Assembly: GCA_038062895.1 (NCBI GenBank)
Contig: JBBTWJ010000014.1
Span: forward strand, 4,036-68,035
Reading direction: 5' to 3'
DNA from: Patescibacteria group bacterium
GTDB lineage: Bacteria; Patescibacteriota; Microgenomatia; UBA10105; UBA927
Length of the DNA stretch: 64,000 bases
The notes beneath the pieces are model-generated. The model had not been told where the DNA came from. It did no database searches and saw nothing but the letters and a program-made list of their open reading frames with translations. Made by a program: the position numbers and the translations under genes. Positions 34,494 through 44,358 of this stretch are shown in pieces; position 1 is the stretch's first letter; every line of letters begins with the position of its first letter.

Positions 34494-36659
34494 CTAAAAT
34501 CTCCTATTCCCCCGGTTAAATGGACGACGGGGACGATCACCGAAATCATGGTGCTCGCGGGGAGGCGCTTTTTTGGCATCCTCGCCGAAGAGCATAGAGA
34601 GATTGACGCGTTTCTGGTCGTCTATCTCCATCACCCTGACTTTTACTTTTTGACCAAGAGCGACCACGTCATTCGGAGAGCTCACAAATCCTGTGGACAT
34701 CTGGGATACGTGCACCATGCCTTCTTTACCCGGCAACACCTCAACAAATGCACCGAACGGTAAAATCCGTTTGACCTCTCCTTCGTATTCATCGCCGGGT
34801 ACCAAGTCTTTGGTGAGTCCCTCTACCCACTCCACGGCCTTTGCTACCGCTTCGTCCGAACCGGAAATCATGACGGATCCATCATCCTCGACATCCACCG
34901 TGGCTCCGGTTGTGGCGATAATCTGCCGGATCATCTTGCCTCCGGGTCCGATGACTTCGCCAATTTTTTCTGTAGGAATTTTCACAACTTTTACCCGGGG
35001 TGCATACTGGGAGAGAGTTTTCCGAGACTCCGGCAATGTAGCAAGCATGACTTCTAAAATCTTCATTCTCGCGCTTTGAGCCCGGGTCAGCGTTTCACTC
35101 ACCATCTCATCGGTAATGCCGTCAATCTTCATGTCAAGCTGAATTGCGGTAATCCCATTTTTCGTACCCGCGACTTTAAAGTCCATATCTCCGGCAAAAT
35201 CCTCGATGCCGAGAATATCGGTAAGAAGGACGTATTTTTTCTCATCCGTCATGAGACCGATGGAAATACCTGCGACCGGCTCTTTTATGGGAACTCCGGC
35301 ATCCATGAGGGCAAGGGTTGATCCGCATGTTGAGGCCATGGACGTCGATCCATTACTGGACATAATTTCTGACACGAGACGGATGGTATACGGAAACTCG
35401 TCTTCTGACGGAATGACGGAGAGAAGAGCGCGTTCGGCAAGTGCTCCGTGACCAATCTCTCGGCGGCTCGGAGTCCCGACTCTGCCGGTCTCTCCCACAG
35501 AGTATGGCGGCATGCTGTAGTGATGGATATATCGTTTGGATTCTTCACCGATCGGACTTTCGAGAAGTTGAGCGAGAGCCGGTGTGCCCAATGTCACGAT
35601 CGTGAGAGCCTGTGTCTGACCGCGCTTAAACATAGCGCTTCCGTGCGTCCTGGGAAGAATTCCTACGTCCACAGAAATGGGCCGGATTTCATCAAGCTTC
35701 CGCCCGTCAAACCGTTTCGCTTTGGTCAGAACCAATTCCCGGACTTGTTTTTTAAATAGCGCGTCCAGAGCCTCTTCTATCGCCTTCACACTATATTGCG
35801 TGCCATACGCCTCCGCGATCGTTTTGGAAAGAGCCACGACCTCATCACCGCCAAATTCTTTTTCTGCTTTTTTGGCAAACGCTTCAGTCATTTCTTTCTT
35901 GTAGTCATCCGTGATCTTCTTTTTGAGCTCATCGGCGGCGCTTACCTCCGGCACCGCGACTTTCGGCTTACCGACTTCGCGGGCGAGTGAGTCAATGAGG
36001 TCAATAAGCTTGACATTGGCTTCTTTCGCTTTTTGTACGGCTTCAAATACCACTGCCTCGGGCGTTTCACAAAATCCCCCTTCAAGCATCATGGTTTTCT
36101 CTTTCGTGCTGGCAATGACAAAATCAAACTCACTCTGCGCCTGCTCCGGAAGGGTTGGATTAATGATAAACTTACTGTCCCCATTTTCATTCACGTATCC
36201 CACCCGGCAACCTGCTATCGGTCCGTTCCAGGGGATCGGCGAGATGGCAATAGCCGCGCTCACGGCGACTAATGCCAAGACATCCGGGTCGTTTTCTGCA
36301 TCGACAGAAAGAACGGTGATGATGACCTGCACATCATGCTTATATGATTTCGGAAACAACGGACGGATGGACCGGTCAATAATACGGCCGGCAAGCACGG
36401 CATCATCCGTCGGCCTTCCTTCGCGCTTGACCCACCGGCTGCCTTTAATCCTGCCCCCGGCATAAAGCCGCTCGACGTATTCCACGCTTAATGGAAAATA
36501 ATCAAGAGTTGTTTCTTTAGAAGATGCGGTAACGGTTGCCAGAACCATCGTATCGCCAAAACGTGCCAATACCGCCGCAGATGCCTGTTCGGCAAATCGG
36601 CCAACTTCTAAAGAAAGTTCTTTCCCGTTTAACTCTATGAATTTTTTGACAAGCTTCAT
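34494..36659 (-). CDS. pnp: polynucleotide phosphorylase
   Basis: Two RNase PH domains plus KH and S1 domains. 721 aa. Confidence 0.9.
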   Translation of the reverse strand: MKLVKKFIELNGKELSLEVGRFAEQASAAVLARFGDTMVLATVTASSKETTLDYFPLSVEYVERLYAGGRIKGSRWVKREGRPTDDAVLAGRIIDRSIRPLFPKSYKHDVQVIITVLSVDAENDPDVLALVAVSAAIAISPIPWNGPIAGCRVGYVNENGDSKFIINPTLPEQAQSEFDFVIASTKEKTMMLEGGFCETPEAVVFEAVQKAKEANVKLIDLIDSLAREVGKPKVAVPEVSAADELKKKITDDYKKEMTEAFAKKAEKEFGGDEVVALSKTIAEAYGTQYSVKAIEEALDALFKKQVRELVLTKAKRFDGRKLDEIRPISVDVGILPRTHGSAMFKRGQTQALTIVTLGTPALAQLLESPIGEESKRYIHHYSMPPYSVGETGRVGTPSRREIGHGALAERALLSVIPSEDEFPYTIRLVSEIMSSNGSTSMASTCGSTLALMDAGVPIKEPVAGISIGLMTDEKKYVLLTDILGIEDFAGDMDFKVAGTKNGITAIQLDMKIDGITDEMVSETLTRAQSARMKILEVMLATLPESRKTLSQYAPRVKVVKIPTEKIGEVIGPGGKMIRQIIATTGATVDVEDDGSVMISGSDEAVAKAVEWVEGLTKDLVPGDEYEGEVKRILPFGAFVEVLPGKEGMVHVSQMSTGFVSSPNDVVALGQKVKVRVMEIDDQKRVNLSMLFGEDAKKAPPREHHDFGDRPRRPFNRGNRRF

Positions 36660-36836
36660 GAAAAAATATTTATGAGGGAATGTTTGAAGTGAGATTGCTT
36701 GAACTGTTCATCCGCGCGTCTGCGGATCAATACCTCAAGAGATCACACTTCATGGATACTTCCCTCTCTCACACGAGTATACAACCTTTGTCATTCCTAC
36801 GCTAGAAGCAATAATCAGGAGTCTCGTGGATGACGA

Positions 36837-37259
36837 TCACTTTGCGAGTCCCAATTTCTGCGATACTTCTTTAAATCGAGCAACGTCTTTTTTCTCAAGG
36901 TAGTTAAGGAGACGTCGGCGCTTACTGACGATACCGAGCAATCCGCGTCTCGAATGGTTATCCGACGGATTACTCTTGAGATGTCCGACGAGCTTCTCGA
37001 TCCGCTTGGTCAGAAGTGCAACCTGCACTTCAGGACTCCCCGTATCCCCGGCTTTCACCTGAAATTGCGTGATGACTTCTTGCTTTTCTGCGCTCGGGGC
37101 AGCCACGGGACCAGTCTGTGCTTCAGCGGCTTTTGCCTTTTTGGTTAATTTGGTAGGCTTGGCTTGCTTCGCCGGTTTTGTATCCACTTTCACCGCTTTC
37201 ATTTTTACGGCACCGGTTTTTTTGGTCTTGGCAGTCTTTGTTGTTTTTTTTACTGGCAT
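36837..37259 (-). CDS. rpsO: 30S ribosomal protein S15 with about 55-aa Lys/Ala-rich N-terminal extension
   Basis: The C-terminal 85 aa are canonical S15 ([27 protein letters not shown]...). The N-terminus is [17 protein letters not shown]... in a histone-H1-like style. Confidence 0.85.
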   Translation of the reverse strand: MPVKKTTKTAKTKKTGAVKMKAVKVDTKPAKQAKPTKLTKKAKAAEAQTGPVAAPSAEKQEVITQFQVKAGDTGSPEVQVALLTKRIEKLVGHLKSNPSDNHSRRGLLGIVSKRRRLLNYLEKKDVARFKEVSQKLGLAK

Positions 37260-37624
37260 AGTCGAAGTACTGATGATTCAATAGTTAAAAAATGAAGCAC
37301 TTGTGCGCTCCACTTAAGATGTAGTTTACATGATTACAACCCAAAAAACAAGGGATTATTGCTATACCGCTGTTGTTGGCGACCTCCTCTATCTCGTGCA
37401 ACAATATCGCACCATCTGATACATGATGAGGATTGTTTTCCTTAAATTTCTCACAACGCCTACGTATCACCCGGGCAAATTCAAGATAAAACAGCGTCTG
37501 TTCCTCCTGCAGGAGTGTGTCGATACGATAATGATGGATCAGTTGTTCAAGGAGGCTAAAAATCTGCGGGTCATTGGTATCCAGAAGTATAGTATTCATG
37601 GCAGAGTAAAAAAATCGAAAATTA

Positions 37625-37918
37625 TCACATAATCTCTTGACCATGACCTTTTTCAACAAAAAAACCTCTTCCGTCTGCTTTGAGCACACTCACTGTGTAG
37701 CTATCATCGTACACAAACAGCGTGTATGGTACCGTATCGCCACGAGCATTCATGCGTCCTTCTAAATAGTTCACAGCTCTAAAGCAGCCTTTGGGGTCAC
37801 CGTTATCATTTAATCCACAACATCCAAATCGAGTTTCTGTATATATACATACACCACTAGCTCCACCGATTGAACAAGGGAAACATTCTTTAACTTTTTT
37901 CGGGTTAGTGAGACTCAT
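37625..37918 (-). CDS. hypothetical Cys-rich small protein
   Basis: 97 aa with CFPCS...GVC...GCCG...GC. No family recognised. Confidence 0.3.
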   Translation of the reverse strand: MSLTNPKKVKECFPCSIGGASGVCIYTETRFGCCGLNDNGDPKGCFRAVNYLEGRMNARGDTVPYTLFVYDDSYTVSVLKADGRGFFVEKGHGQEIM

Positions 37919-37931
37919 AAATCATTATCTA

Positions 37932-38897
37932 TTACAATAAATTTGAGCTCTTAAATATCTTCGGCTTGAGCCAGTCGGCTGGAGCTTGCCCACCGGAAGA
38001 TACCGGCTGACCCATTGGTTGCATTCCTTCATGAGCCGTAACGTGAGGATGCGGGTGATCATGTACAGTCTGGGAGACGAATGGTTGCGTCGTAGTTTCC
38101 ATGGGCTGAGATACCACGGTTTCTTCAAATGGCTTTTCTTCCGGAGTGGGAACAACTTGCGCCCCAAACCGCTTCCCGCCGGCTTTGAGAGCAACGGATG
38201 CCACATCAAAGGCTCCTGCGGAGACATTGGCTGCGGTAAAATTAGTGGTCCCGCCATACACAGCGTTGAGGAGGTTGGTCGCAATATCAACAGTCAGCTT
38301 GACGCCGAGCATCGAAAGGACCCGTGCGACGACTTCGGCGGTGGTCGAGGCTGCCATATCAACGACATTAACCGCCCCATATAATGCATTATTCGGATGC
38401 CGGTCGACGTTCACGATCTGTTTACCGGCAAAAAGGTCCTTATTGCCTTCGTATAACTTTTTTAATCCCCCAAGGTGAATCGTGTTCACGGAAAATATGA
38501 GGTCCGCGCTGCCACTTGCATAAGAATAGTGTACTTTCTCCTGGGAAAAAGTCTCAAATCCAACCCTTGGCTCAACCACGAGATTAAATTTATCGCCTTC
38601 GATATTGTAGCTGACTTTTTCTATCGACCCGTCGACGTAGTCGAGCGAAATGACAAAATTTTTCTTCGCGGAAAGATCAGTAATCACCTTGTTCACCCCG
38701 ACGTATCCAGATAACCCGACCGTAATCGCATCCGGACAAGCAATAGTCACCTTTTTTCCAAGGCTTAAGAGACCTAAATACAACGCGAGGCTTGCGCCGG
38801 TGCTGTCGTCTGTGGGATTTTCATGCGTAACGATCAGGACATCCTTGGCTTTTGCCAACATATCCTTGATCTTGGTGACTTCAGCTTGATAGTCCAT
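37932..38897 (-). CDS. DHH family phosphoesterase (NrnA-like oligoribonuclease/pAp phosphatase)
   Basis: DHH N-terminal motifs (LIVTHENPTDDSTGASLAL; VNVDRH) and a DHHA1-like C-terminus. Confidence 0.7.
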   Translation of the reverse strand: MDYQAEVTKIKDMLAKAKDVLIVTHENPTDDSTGASLALYLGLLSLGKKVTIACPDAITVGLSGYVGVNKVITDLSAKKNFVISLDYVDGSIEKVSYNIEGDKFNLVVEPRVGFETFSQEKVHYSYASGSADLIFSVNTIHLGGLKKLYEGNKDLFAGKQIVNVDRHPNNALYGAVNVVDMAASTTAEVVARVLSMLGVKLTVDIATNLLNAVYGGTTNFTAANVSAGAFDVASVALKAGGKRFGAQVVPTPEEKPFEETVVSQPMETTTQPFVSQTVHDHPHPHVTAHEGMQPMGQPVSSGGQAPADWLKPKIFKSSNLL

Positions 38898-38902
38898 ATA
38901 TT

Positions 38903-39045
38903 CTCAAATCCTAAATCCTAATTTCTAAATCCTAAACAAACAATAAATTCAAATGTCAAAAATTCTAAACAGTTTCGTATTTTGGATTTTAGTCATTTGG
39001 ATTTGTTTTGAATTTAGAACTTGGAACTTAGAATTTCCCATTCTA
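38903..39045. repeat. MITE-like intergenic element, copy C
   Basis: Arms CTCAAATCCTAAATCCTAATTTCTAAATCCTAAA and CATTTGGATTTGTTTTGAATTTAGAACTTGGAACTTAGAATTT. Lies between the nrnA-like start and the infB stop. Confidence 0.75.
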
Positions 39046-39056
39046 GCCTATAGGCT

Positions 39057-40631
39057 TTATTGGGTGAAGGCGATTATATCATCTCCTATAGTAAAATCAA
39101 GCTTTTGATCAAAAAGTACTCCGCATTCGTGGCCAATGTCTGCTTTGGTAATATCGTCTTTCCCGTGACGGAGTGACTTGATCTTAGCACGGGCGACTTC
39201 TGTCCCTCCACGCATGATCTTCACCCGGTCCCCACGGGCAAGCCTCCCGGATACGACTTTTGTGCCTGCGATACGATCCCGTTCGAAAGGAAATTCCGCA
39301 ACGACCTGTCCTTCCCCAAGCTGCCGCTCCTCATGGAGCACTTCTTTTAAGCCTGCAATCACCTCTCCCAATTCGTCCAAAAGTTCATAAATGATCCGAT
39401 ACATCCGATACACCACTTTTTCCGTCTCGGCAAGCTTGACGACCCCCGCTTTAATCCCGACGCCAAACCCAATAACAATAGCTTTTATTGATTTAGCCGA
39501 TAAAATATCCGCCTCCGTGATATCCCCGACTCCCCGTTGAACCACGATCACTTTTTTGGGAAGAGAAGCAATGATGGCTTCCAGCGACCCTGCAGTATCG
39601 GTTTTAAGAATAATATTGATGATTCGATCGGCTTCCAGATCGATGGGTTTGAGAAAATCCGGAAGTTCATCAATCAGTGACGGTGTGGGATTTCCGGTGA
39701 GCGTGTTGGACGGCGTGTCCTGCGCGATTTCGTCCGCAGCGCCAAAAAGCGTGGTACCCACCTCGGGAAGCTTCGTGAAGCCTAAAACTTCGACCGGTTT
39801 ACTGGGAAGCGCAGCTTTTACGGCGGTACCCCGCTCATCATTCATGGCACGGACTTTTGCTATCTGACTGGCCCCGTCGTAGAGCGCATCACCTACGGTA
39901 AGCGTCCCATTTTTGACGATAAGCGTGGCTACCATGCCCTTTCCTTTATCTACCCTTGTCTCAATGACGATTGCTTCGGCTACTGCTTTTGGATCGCCGA
40001 TCAATCCTTTCATGTCGCTTACTAAGAGAATGAGGTCCAAAAGCTCACTCACCCCTGTGCCCTGTTTGGCAGAAATGAGGATAAACGGTACGTCACCACC
40101 AAACCCTTCTACTTGCACCCCGTGTTTGGCCAAATCCTGTTTAACGCGATCTACTTGCGCTGTGGGAAGGTCCACTTTATTGATGGCAACAATCACAGGA
40201 ATACCAGCGCTTTTTATTTGCTCAATAGACTCGACGGTTTGAGGCTTCACGCTATCATCGGCAGCCACGACCAAAATAGCGATATCTGCAGCCCCAGCGC
40301 CGCGCGCGCGCATCTTTGTAAACGCCTCATGTCCCGGAGTATCAATGAAGGTGATTTTGCGCTCCTGCACAAAATCATCCTGAGCCTGTCGAAGGATCTC
40401 TGTTTTTTTTCCGGGGGGGATCCCTCGGCTCCCTTCGGTCGCTCGGGATGACCGTTCGGAAACGGTCATCTGATACGCTCCTATAGCCTGGGTAATCCCA
40501 CCATGCTCGCCGCCTGCGACGTTTGTTTTTCGGATGGTATCAAGAAGTGTGGTTTTTCCGTGATCAACGTGACCCAATACTGCCACGACGGGTGGACGAG
40601 GAACGGGTAGTTGTGGTTGTGTCGATTTCAT
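39057..40631 (-). CDS. infB: translation initiation factor IF-2 (minimal form: G domain + domain II + C-terminal domains)
   Basis: [20 protein letters not shown] and NKVD G motifs. 524 aa. Contains an in-frame insertion of about 30 aa between the GAYQ and ITFIDTPGH strands. Confidence 0.9.
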   Translation of the reverse strand: MKSTQPQLPVPRPPVVAVLGHVDHGKTTLLDTIRKTNVAGGEHGGITQAIGAYQMTVSERSSRATEGSRGIPPGKKTEILRQAQDDFVQERKITFIDTPGHEAFTKMRARGAGAADIAILVVAADDSVKPQTVESIEQIKSAGIPVIVAINKVDLPTAQVDRVKQDLAKHGVQVEGFGGDVPFILISAKQGTGVSELLDLILLVSDMKGLIGDPKAVAEAIVIETRVDKGKGMVATLIVKNGTLTVGDALYDGASQIAKVRAMNDERGTAVKAALPSKPVEVLGFTKLPEVGTTLFGAADEIAQDTPSNTLTGNPTPSLIDELPDFLKPIDLEADRIINIILKTDTAGSLEAIIASLPKKVIVVQRGVGDITEADILSAKSIKAIVIGFGVGIKAGVVKLAETEKVVYRMYRIIYELLDELGEVIAGLKEVLHEERQLGEGQVVAEFPFERDRIAGTKVVSGRLARGDRVKIMRGGTEVARAKIKSLRHGKDDITKADIGHECGVLFDQKLDFTIGDDIIAFTQ

Positions 40632-40760
40632 ACCAGGTAGTAGATTTTCGATATTCCTTCGGAATAAAAACCCTCTGTTTTACAAAAAGGTTTCGATAAA
40701 CGCCAGGCATTGGATAAATTTGGGCTCTCTCAAAGATCGAAAATTCACTACCTGGCATAC
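40629..40760 (-). repeat. structured leader element copy 1 (TIR GTATGCCAGGTAGTGAATTTTCGA ... TCGAAAATCTACTACCTGGTATG) between nusA stop and infB ATG
   Basis: Read on the minus strand, the element begins directly after the nusA TAG and ends in the infB start codon. Related elements occur at 55700-55836, 58720-58854 and 61533-61667. Confidence 0.7.
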
Positions 40761-41905
40761 TATTCACTCGACTTGTTCTCTGTATCCGGTGTTTCTTTCG
40801 TTTCCTCCGGTGTATGTTCCTCTTTCTTTTCCTTTTCTTTTGTTCCCTTTTCTTTTGTTTTTTTACTGACTGGCGGCTCCTTTTTCTCTTCACCGGGCTT
40901 GCCCGTGTCGCTGACATCACTCGCGTTACTCGTGTTGCTCGTGTTACTTGCGTTGCTAGTCTTCCCCTTTATATCTATCTTCCACCCGGTCACCTTAGCG
41001 GCTAACCGCACGTTTTGACCTTCCCGCCCGATGGCGAGCGACAGCTGGTCTTCCGGTACAAATACTTCCGCTGCTTTCTTTTTTTCATTCAGCCGGACTT
41101 CCAACTCCTTGGCGGGAGCCAGAGCAGCCGTAATAAATTGACGTATATCTTCACTCCATTGGATAATATCTACTTTCTCGTTCCCACCCAGCTCGTTGAT
41201 AACCGCTTGGACTCGTACTCCCTTTTGTCCGACACACGAGCCTACCGGATCGACACCGGATTGGTTGGAAAATACAGCGAGCTTCGTGCGTCCTCCTGCC
41301 TCCCTGGCAATGATGCGAAGCTCAACAGCTCCGGAGGCCACTTCTGGCACTTCCCGTTTAAACAACCCTTCCACGAGGCCCTTATGTGCACGGGAGACGA
41401 TAATCTCGTTGCCGCGCATGGTCTCACGAATGCCTTCAATATAAAACGTAAGCCTCTGGTTTAAGTGATACCGCTCACTGGGACTTTGCTCTTGAGGAGG
41501 CATGACGGCCTGTGCACGACCAATATCCACGATGATATTAGGACCGTCAAACCGCAGGATCATGCCGGTACCGATGCTGCCGACTTTCGCTTGAAAATCA
41601 GCAAGCACTGCCTGCTTTTCCGCTTCGCGGATCCGCTGGAGGATAACCTGCTTGGCCGTCTGTGCTGCAATCCGACCAAATCCCGGAGGCGTAATGTTGA
41701 CGCCATCTTTGAAGATCTTGGCTTCTCCGTTATCGGCGTTGAGCTCAACCGTCAGCGTCTCGAGTTCCGTCGTCCCGTAATCTTTGCGGTATGCGGCTAA
41801 AATTGCGGCTTTAATCGTCTCAATGACCACTAGGGGATCAATCCCCCGCTCGGTGGCGACTTGATTGAGCGCTAATGCAAATTCGCTTCGTACAATTGCT
41901 GGCAT
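40760..41905 (-). CDS. nusA: transcription termination/antitermination factor NusA with low-complexity K/E/T/S-rich C-terminal tail
   Basis: NusA N-terminal domain, S1 domain and two KH domains. The tail is encoded by 9-bp tandem repeats (NTSNTSNAS). Confidence 0.9.
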   Translation of the reverse strand: MPAIVRSEFALALNQVATERGIDPLVVIETIKAAILAAYRKDYGTTELETLTVELNADNGEAKIFKDGVNITPPGFGRIAAQTAKQVILQRIREAEKQAVLADFQAKVGSIGTGMILRFDGPNIIVDIGRAQAVMPPQEQSPSERYHLNQRLTFYIEGIRETMRGNEIIVSRAHKGLVEGLFKREVPEVASGAVELRIIAREAGGRTKLAVFSNQSGVDPVGSCVGQKGVRVQAVINELGGNEKVDIIQWSEDIRQFITAALAPAKELEVRLNEKKKAAEVFVPEDQLSLAIGREGQNVRLAAKVTGWKIDIKGKTSNASNTSNTSNASDVSDTGKPGEEKKEPPVSKKTKEKGTKEKEKKEEHTPEETKETPDTENKSSE

Positions 41906-41918
41906 ACTAGTGTCCGCA

Positions 41919-41946
41919 TGCTAATCTGATTTCCAGAGGATTAGCA
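41919..41946. promoter_or_regulatory. perfect palindrome TGCTAATC-N12-GATTAGCA 14-41 nt upstream of nusA start
   Basis: Read from the sequence. An operator-like inverted repeat. Confidence 0.5.
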
Positions 41947-42044
41947 TAGCGGCCTCTGTACCCACCGCTCACGCGCTCTTTGAGTCGTCTACGAATAGTA
42001 GTGAAAAGACTCAAAGGAAGCGTAGGTGGGTAACTTCCTCTAAT

Positions 42045-42066
42045 AAAAAAGGTGGGCTACCCCACC
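42045..42066 (-). terminator. Rho-independent terminator (GGTGGGGTAGCCCACC + TTTTTT on minus strand) after vapC
   Basis: GC-rich 6-bp stem with a 4-nt loop, followed by a T6 run. Confidence 0.7.
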
Positions 42067-42113
42067 TAAATCTCTTGAAACCATCCTTATTATATACGCA
42101 CGCCTACTTCCCG

Positions 42114-42548
42114 TCAATCGCCTTGACCCCGGCCAGGCTTAAACGGATTAAGTACCGCGATTTCTTCATACATCATAAAATCTCGCTCATTATCCGTGGC
42201 TATTTGTTTGATGTCGTGTGTTAGCATGGTAGCGGCCAAGTACGCATCAAAAATCCGATTGGCAGCCCGCTCATATTTGCGCATAAGCATGATGGCTATG
42301 GGAAGTGTTTCTTCTGTGGGGGAAATCACAGTCGCAGCCACTGCGATAGCATTCACAGCATTATCTGCTTGAAAAAACGACATCGGATGAGCAAATTTTC
42401 CATGGGTAAGAACCCGCATGGCTTCTAATATATTTTGGTCTGCCACAACTAAATCTTCCTGTTGTTCAAGAAAAAATTGCTTCGCCAGAAGATGCTTGGG
42501 CGAAGCACTATTGATCGCGTAGATGATAATGTTGGTGTCAATCAGCAT
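42114..42548 (-). CDS. vapC: PIN-domain toxin VapC
   Basis: MLIDTNIIIYA N-terminus with conserved acidic residues. 145 aa. Overlaps the upstream RHH gene. Confidence 0.7.
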   Translation of the reverse strand: MLIDTNIIIYAINSASPKHLLAKQFFLEQQEDLVVADQNILEAMRVLTHGKFAHPMSFFQADNAVNAIAVAATVISPTEETLPIAIMLMRKYERAANRIFDAYLAATMLTHDIKQIATDNERDFMMYEEIAVLNPFKPGRGQGD

Positions 42549-42780
42549 GGACAGCCGGTTCGGGGTAATAATCATCTCTGGTCAAATTATCCAGAGGCAC
42601 CCCCAAATCATGGGTATGAAAAACGAGCCGCTGTGCTTTACGCATCGCAGCTTTCGCTAAATAATCTTCCAGCGCACGGTGCGCTATAGCTTGAAACGTC
42701 GTATCTTCTTCAAGCGCTTTGCGTTCCACGGCTTTTTTAAGATCCGGTCGAAGTCGAAACGTGGTACGAATTAGTTGCAT
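42538..42780 (-). CDS. vapB: ribbon-helix-helix antitoxin (VapB/CopG-like)
   Basis: MQLIRTTFRLRPDLKKAVERKALEEDTTFQAIAHRALEDYL is an RHH fold. An 11-nt overlap with vapC is typical of TA modules. Confidence 0.55.
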   Translation of the reverse strand: MQLIRTTFRLRPDLKKAVERKALEEDTTFQAIAHRALEDYLAKAAMRKAQRLVFHTHDLGVPLDNLTRDDYYPEPAVHAD

Positions 42781-43061
42781 ATGACATAAATATGACATAT
42801 TTATGTCTAGATGTCAAGCTGTCAAAAAAGCGGGTAGTGGGTCAATTTGAAAATCACTGGCTCCGGGCCGTCAAAACGAAATCTAGTTGACAATACTGCC
42901 GGTCGCTTGGTAAGTTAGTAATACGACTGTAATATGATTGTAAGATGGAATTTGAAAATGAATATGAAGAATGATATACTATCCATCCTGCTAGAACGCC
43001 CCAAATTAGAAGCACTTTTATATCGTAGATCAAGTTGGTAAGAGAATAAAGGACGTGTATA

Positions 43062-43154
43062 TTGCACCGGCGCCGGGAATTGAACCCGGTCTGGAACCTG
43101 CGATGGTTATATGTAGTTTTCAAGACTACCCGTGCAATCCGTACACTACGCCGG
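43062..43154 (-). tRNA. tRNA-Ser (anticodon UGA) with long variable arm
   Basis: Manual fold of the minus strand. Acceptor stem GCCGGCG/CGCCGGT, a D arm, anticodon stem GTAGT/ACTAC with loop CTTGAAA (U33, UGA), a variable arm of about 20 nt, T arm CCGGG-TTCAATT-CCCGG and discriminator G. Confidence 0.7.
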
Positions 43155-43257
43155 CTTCTCTTACCAGCTTGGTTTACGATTTTTTGCATCTAATACCCCC
43201 TTGGTGAAACAGTAATCCCTTGTGAATCTTCAGAGGACAGAGGTCATCGAGCGGATA

Positions 43258-43342
43258 ATAAGAAGTGTACGCTCCTATGGAAAAGGGGGACTTGGGTCCC
43301 CCCAACAAAAGGTTGGACCCTTTTCCGCAAGAGCGTACGTTA
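43258..43342. repeat. 85-bp compound palindrome (GTACGCTC...GGAAAAGGG / CCCTTTTCC...GAGCGTAC with two internal hairpins)
   Basis: Read from the sequence. Lies between tRNA-Ser and the transposase gene. Confidence 0.6.
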
Positions 43343-43423
43343 TTTATTTTTTAAGGAGCCAACCGTTTTGTTTTTTCCGTTGCAAATGCAACACCATACT
43401 TATAAGTCTTTTTACAATTTTCG

Positions 43424-44269
43424 TCAAGGGCCAACTAAACGGATTATGTCTTCAATTTTCCAAATCCTATCGGTTACTCCTGCCGCCATCGCAGGGGTTT
43501 TTCCTAATGATCGTACCGGATTGAGCGTCTTATGTGGTCGACAAAAGTTGTAATACATCAAGTGTAGAGCGACGGCATGCTCCAAATTTTCAATTTTCTT
43601 TGAAAATGCATTCGTTAAACGAGTGAAGCGCCGCATATTCATACGCATCGTGAGATTTTGGCGCTCTACATAGCTTGTAAACACTTTGGTCATGTCGGGT
43701 TTTCCTTGCATCACGTGTTTTTCTGAAGCGATACATTCAGAGGGACTGTAACGCTTTTCGCCTTCTTGTTGCGGTCCATACAGTTTTATGAGTATACCGT
43801 AGTCCACTTCGGAGCCAAATGCGTCTTCAATTGCCCAAACATACGCTCGGTGACCATCGGTTGTTAGTTGTACCCGATTGGCAAGCCGTTTCTTAAAGTC
43901 TTGCATGAACTCATGAGCACATGCGGCGTCACGACGCCCGATGTACCAGCTCGGAACGAGTTTTGTATCGGCGTCTATGGCTGTCCATGTCCACACGTCG
44001 CCATACCCAAATTGGCCTTTATGTTCTTCAGGCACGTTTTTATCCTTTGCGTAGCAGAATGACCAGATTTCATCACACTGAATGTGTTTACAAGGGAGAT
44101 TGCGGAATACTTTATCTTGATATGCGACACAGGTTCTTCCCACTGCTTCTAAAAGACGGGTTACTGTTCCTTTTGCGGCGCCTGTCATGCGGCAAGTTGC
44201 TCTTATGGAGTTACCTTCTACCAAAGCGGTGATTACTTGCGTCTGCTTTTCAATAGTTAACTTATTCAT
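43424..44269 (-). CDS. IS1-family-like DDE transposase (single ORF with N-terminal HTH)
   Basis: QCDEIWSF ... WTWTAIDADTKLV ... LTTDGHRAY mirrors IS1 InsB (DEQWGY ... MTDGWPLY). 281 aa. Confidence 0.55.
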   Translation of the reverse strand: MNKLTIEKQTQVITALVEGNSIRATCRMTGAAKGTVTRLLEAVGRTCVAYQDKVFRNLPCKHIQCDEIWSFCYAKDKNVPEEHKGQFGYGDVWTWTAIDADTKLVPSWYIGRRDAACAHEFMQDFKKRLANRVQLTTDGHRAYVWAIEDAFGSEVDYGILIKLYGPQQEGEKRYSPSECIASEKHVMQGKPDMTKVFTSYVERQNLTMRMNMRRFTRLTNAFSKKIENLEHAVALHLMYYNFCRPHKTLNPVRSLGKTPAMAAGVTDRIWKIEDIIRLVGP

Positions 44270-44358
44270 TAAGCGTATTATACTTGCTCGGGTTAGTATA
44301 TGTCAATAGGTGCTCGGGCAAGTATTGACATTTCCTGCAGACTTGATATACTGCTCTC
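43424..44358 (-). mobile_element. IS1-like insertion sequence remnant next to tRNA-Ser. Element ends not resolved.
   Basis: Transposase gene plus flanking repeats (GGTGCTCGGGCAAGTATTGACAT-like sequence at 44319-44341). No clean IR pair could be defined by eye. Confidence 0.35.

Noticed and set aside
35911-36465. 184-aa and other plus-strand ORFs inside pnp
   Set aside because: Antisense to polynucleotide phosphorylase.
37285-37689. 134-aa minus-strand ORF between rpsO and the Cys-rich small gene
   Set aside because: No recognisable motif, competing overlapping ORFs on both strands, and AT-rich composition. Could be a real lineage-specific gene but there is not enough evidence to call it.
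40564-40920. 118-aa extremely basic ORF (MMSATRASPVKRKRSRQSVKKQKKRE...) spanning the nusA 3' end, the leader element and the infB start
   Set aside because: It lies antisense to, or out of frame with, two well-supported genes and crosses a repeat element. The low-complexity basic composition comes from reading the Glu/Lys-rich nusA tail in another frame.
42854-43189. 111-aa ORF on the minus strand
   Set aside because: It completely overlaps the tRNA-Ser gene (43062-43154). No coding signal.
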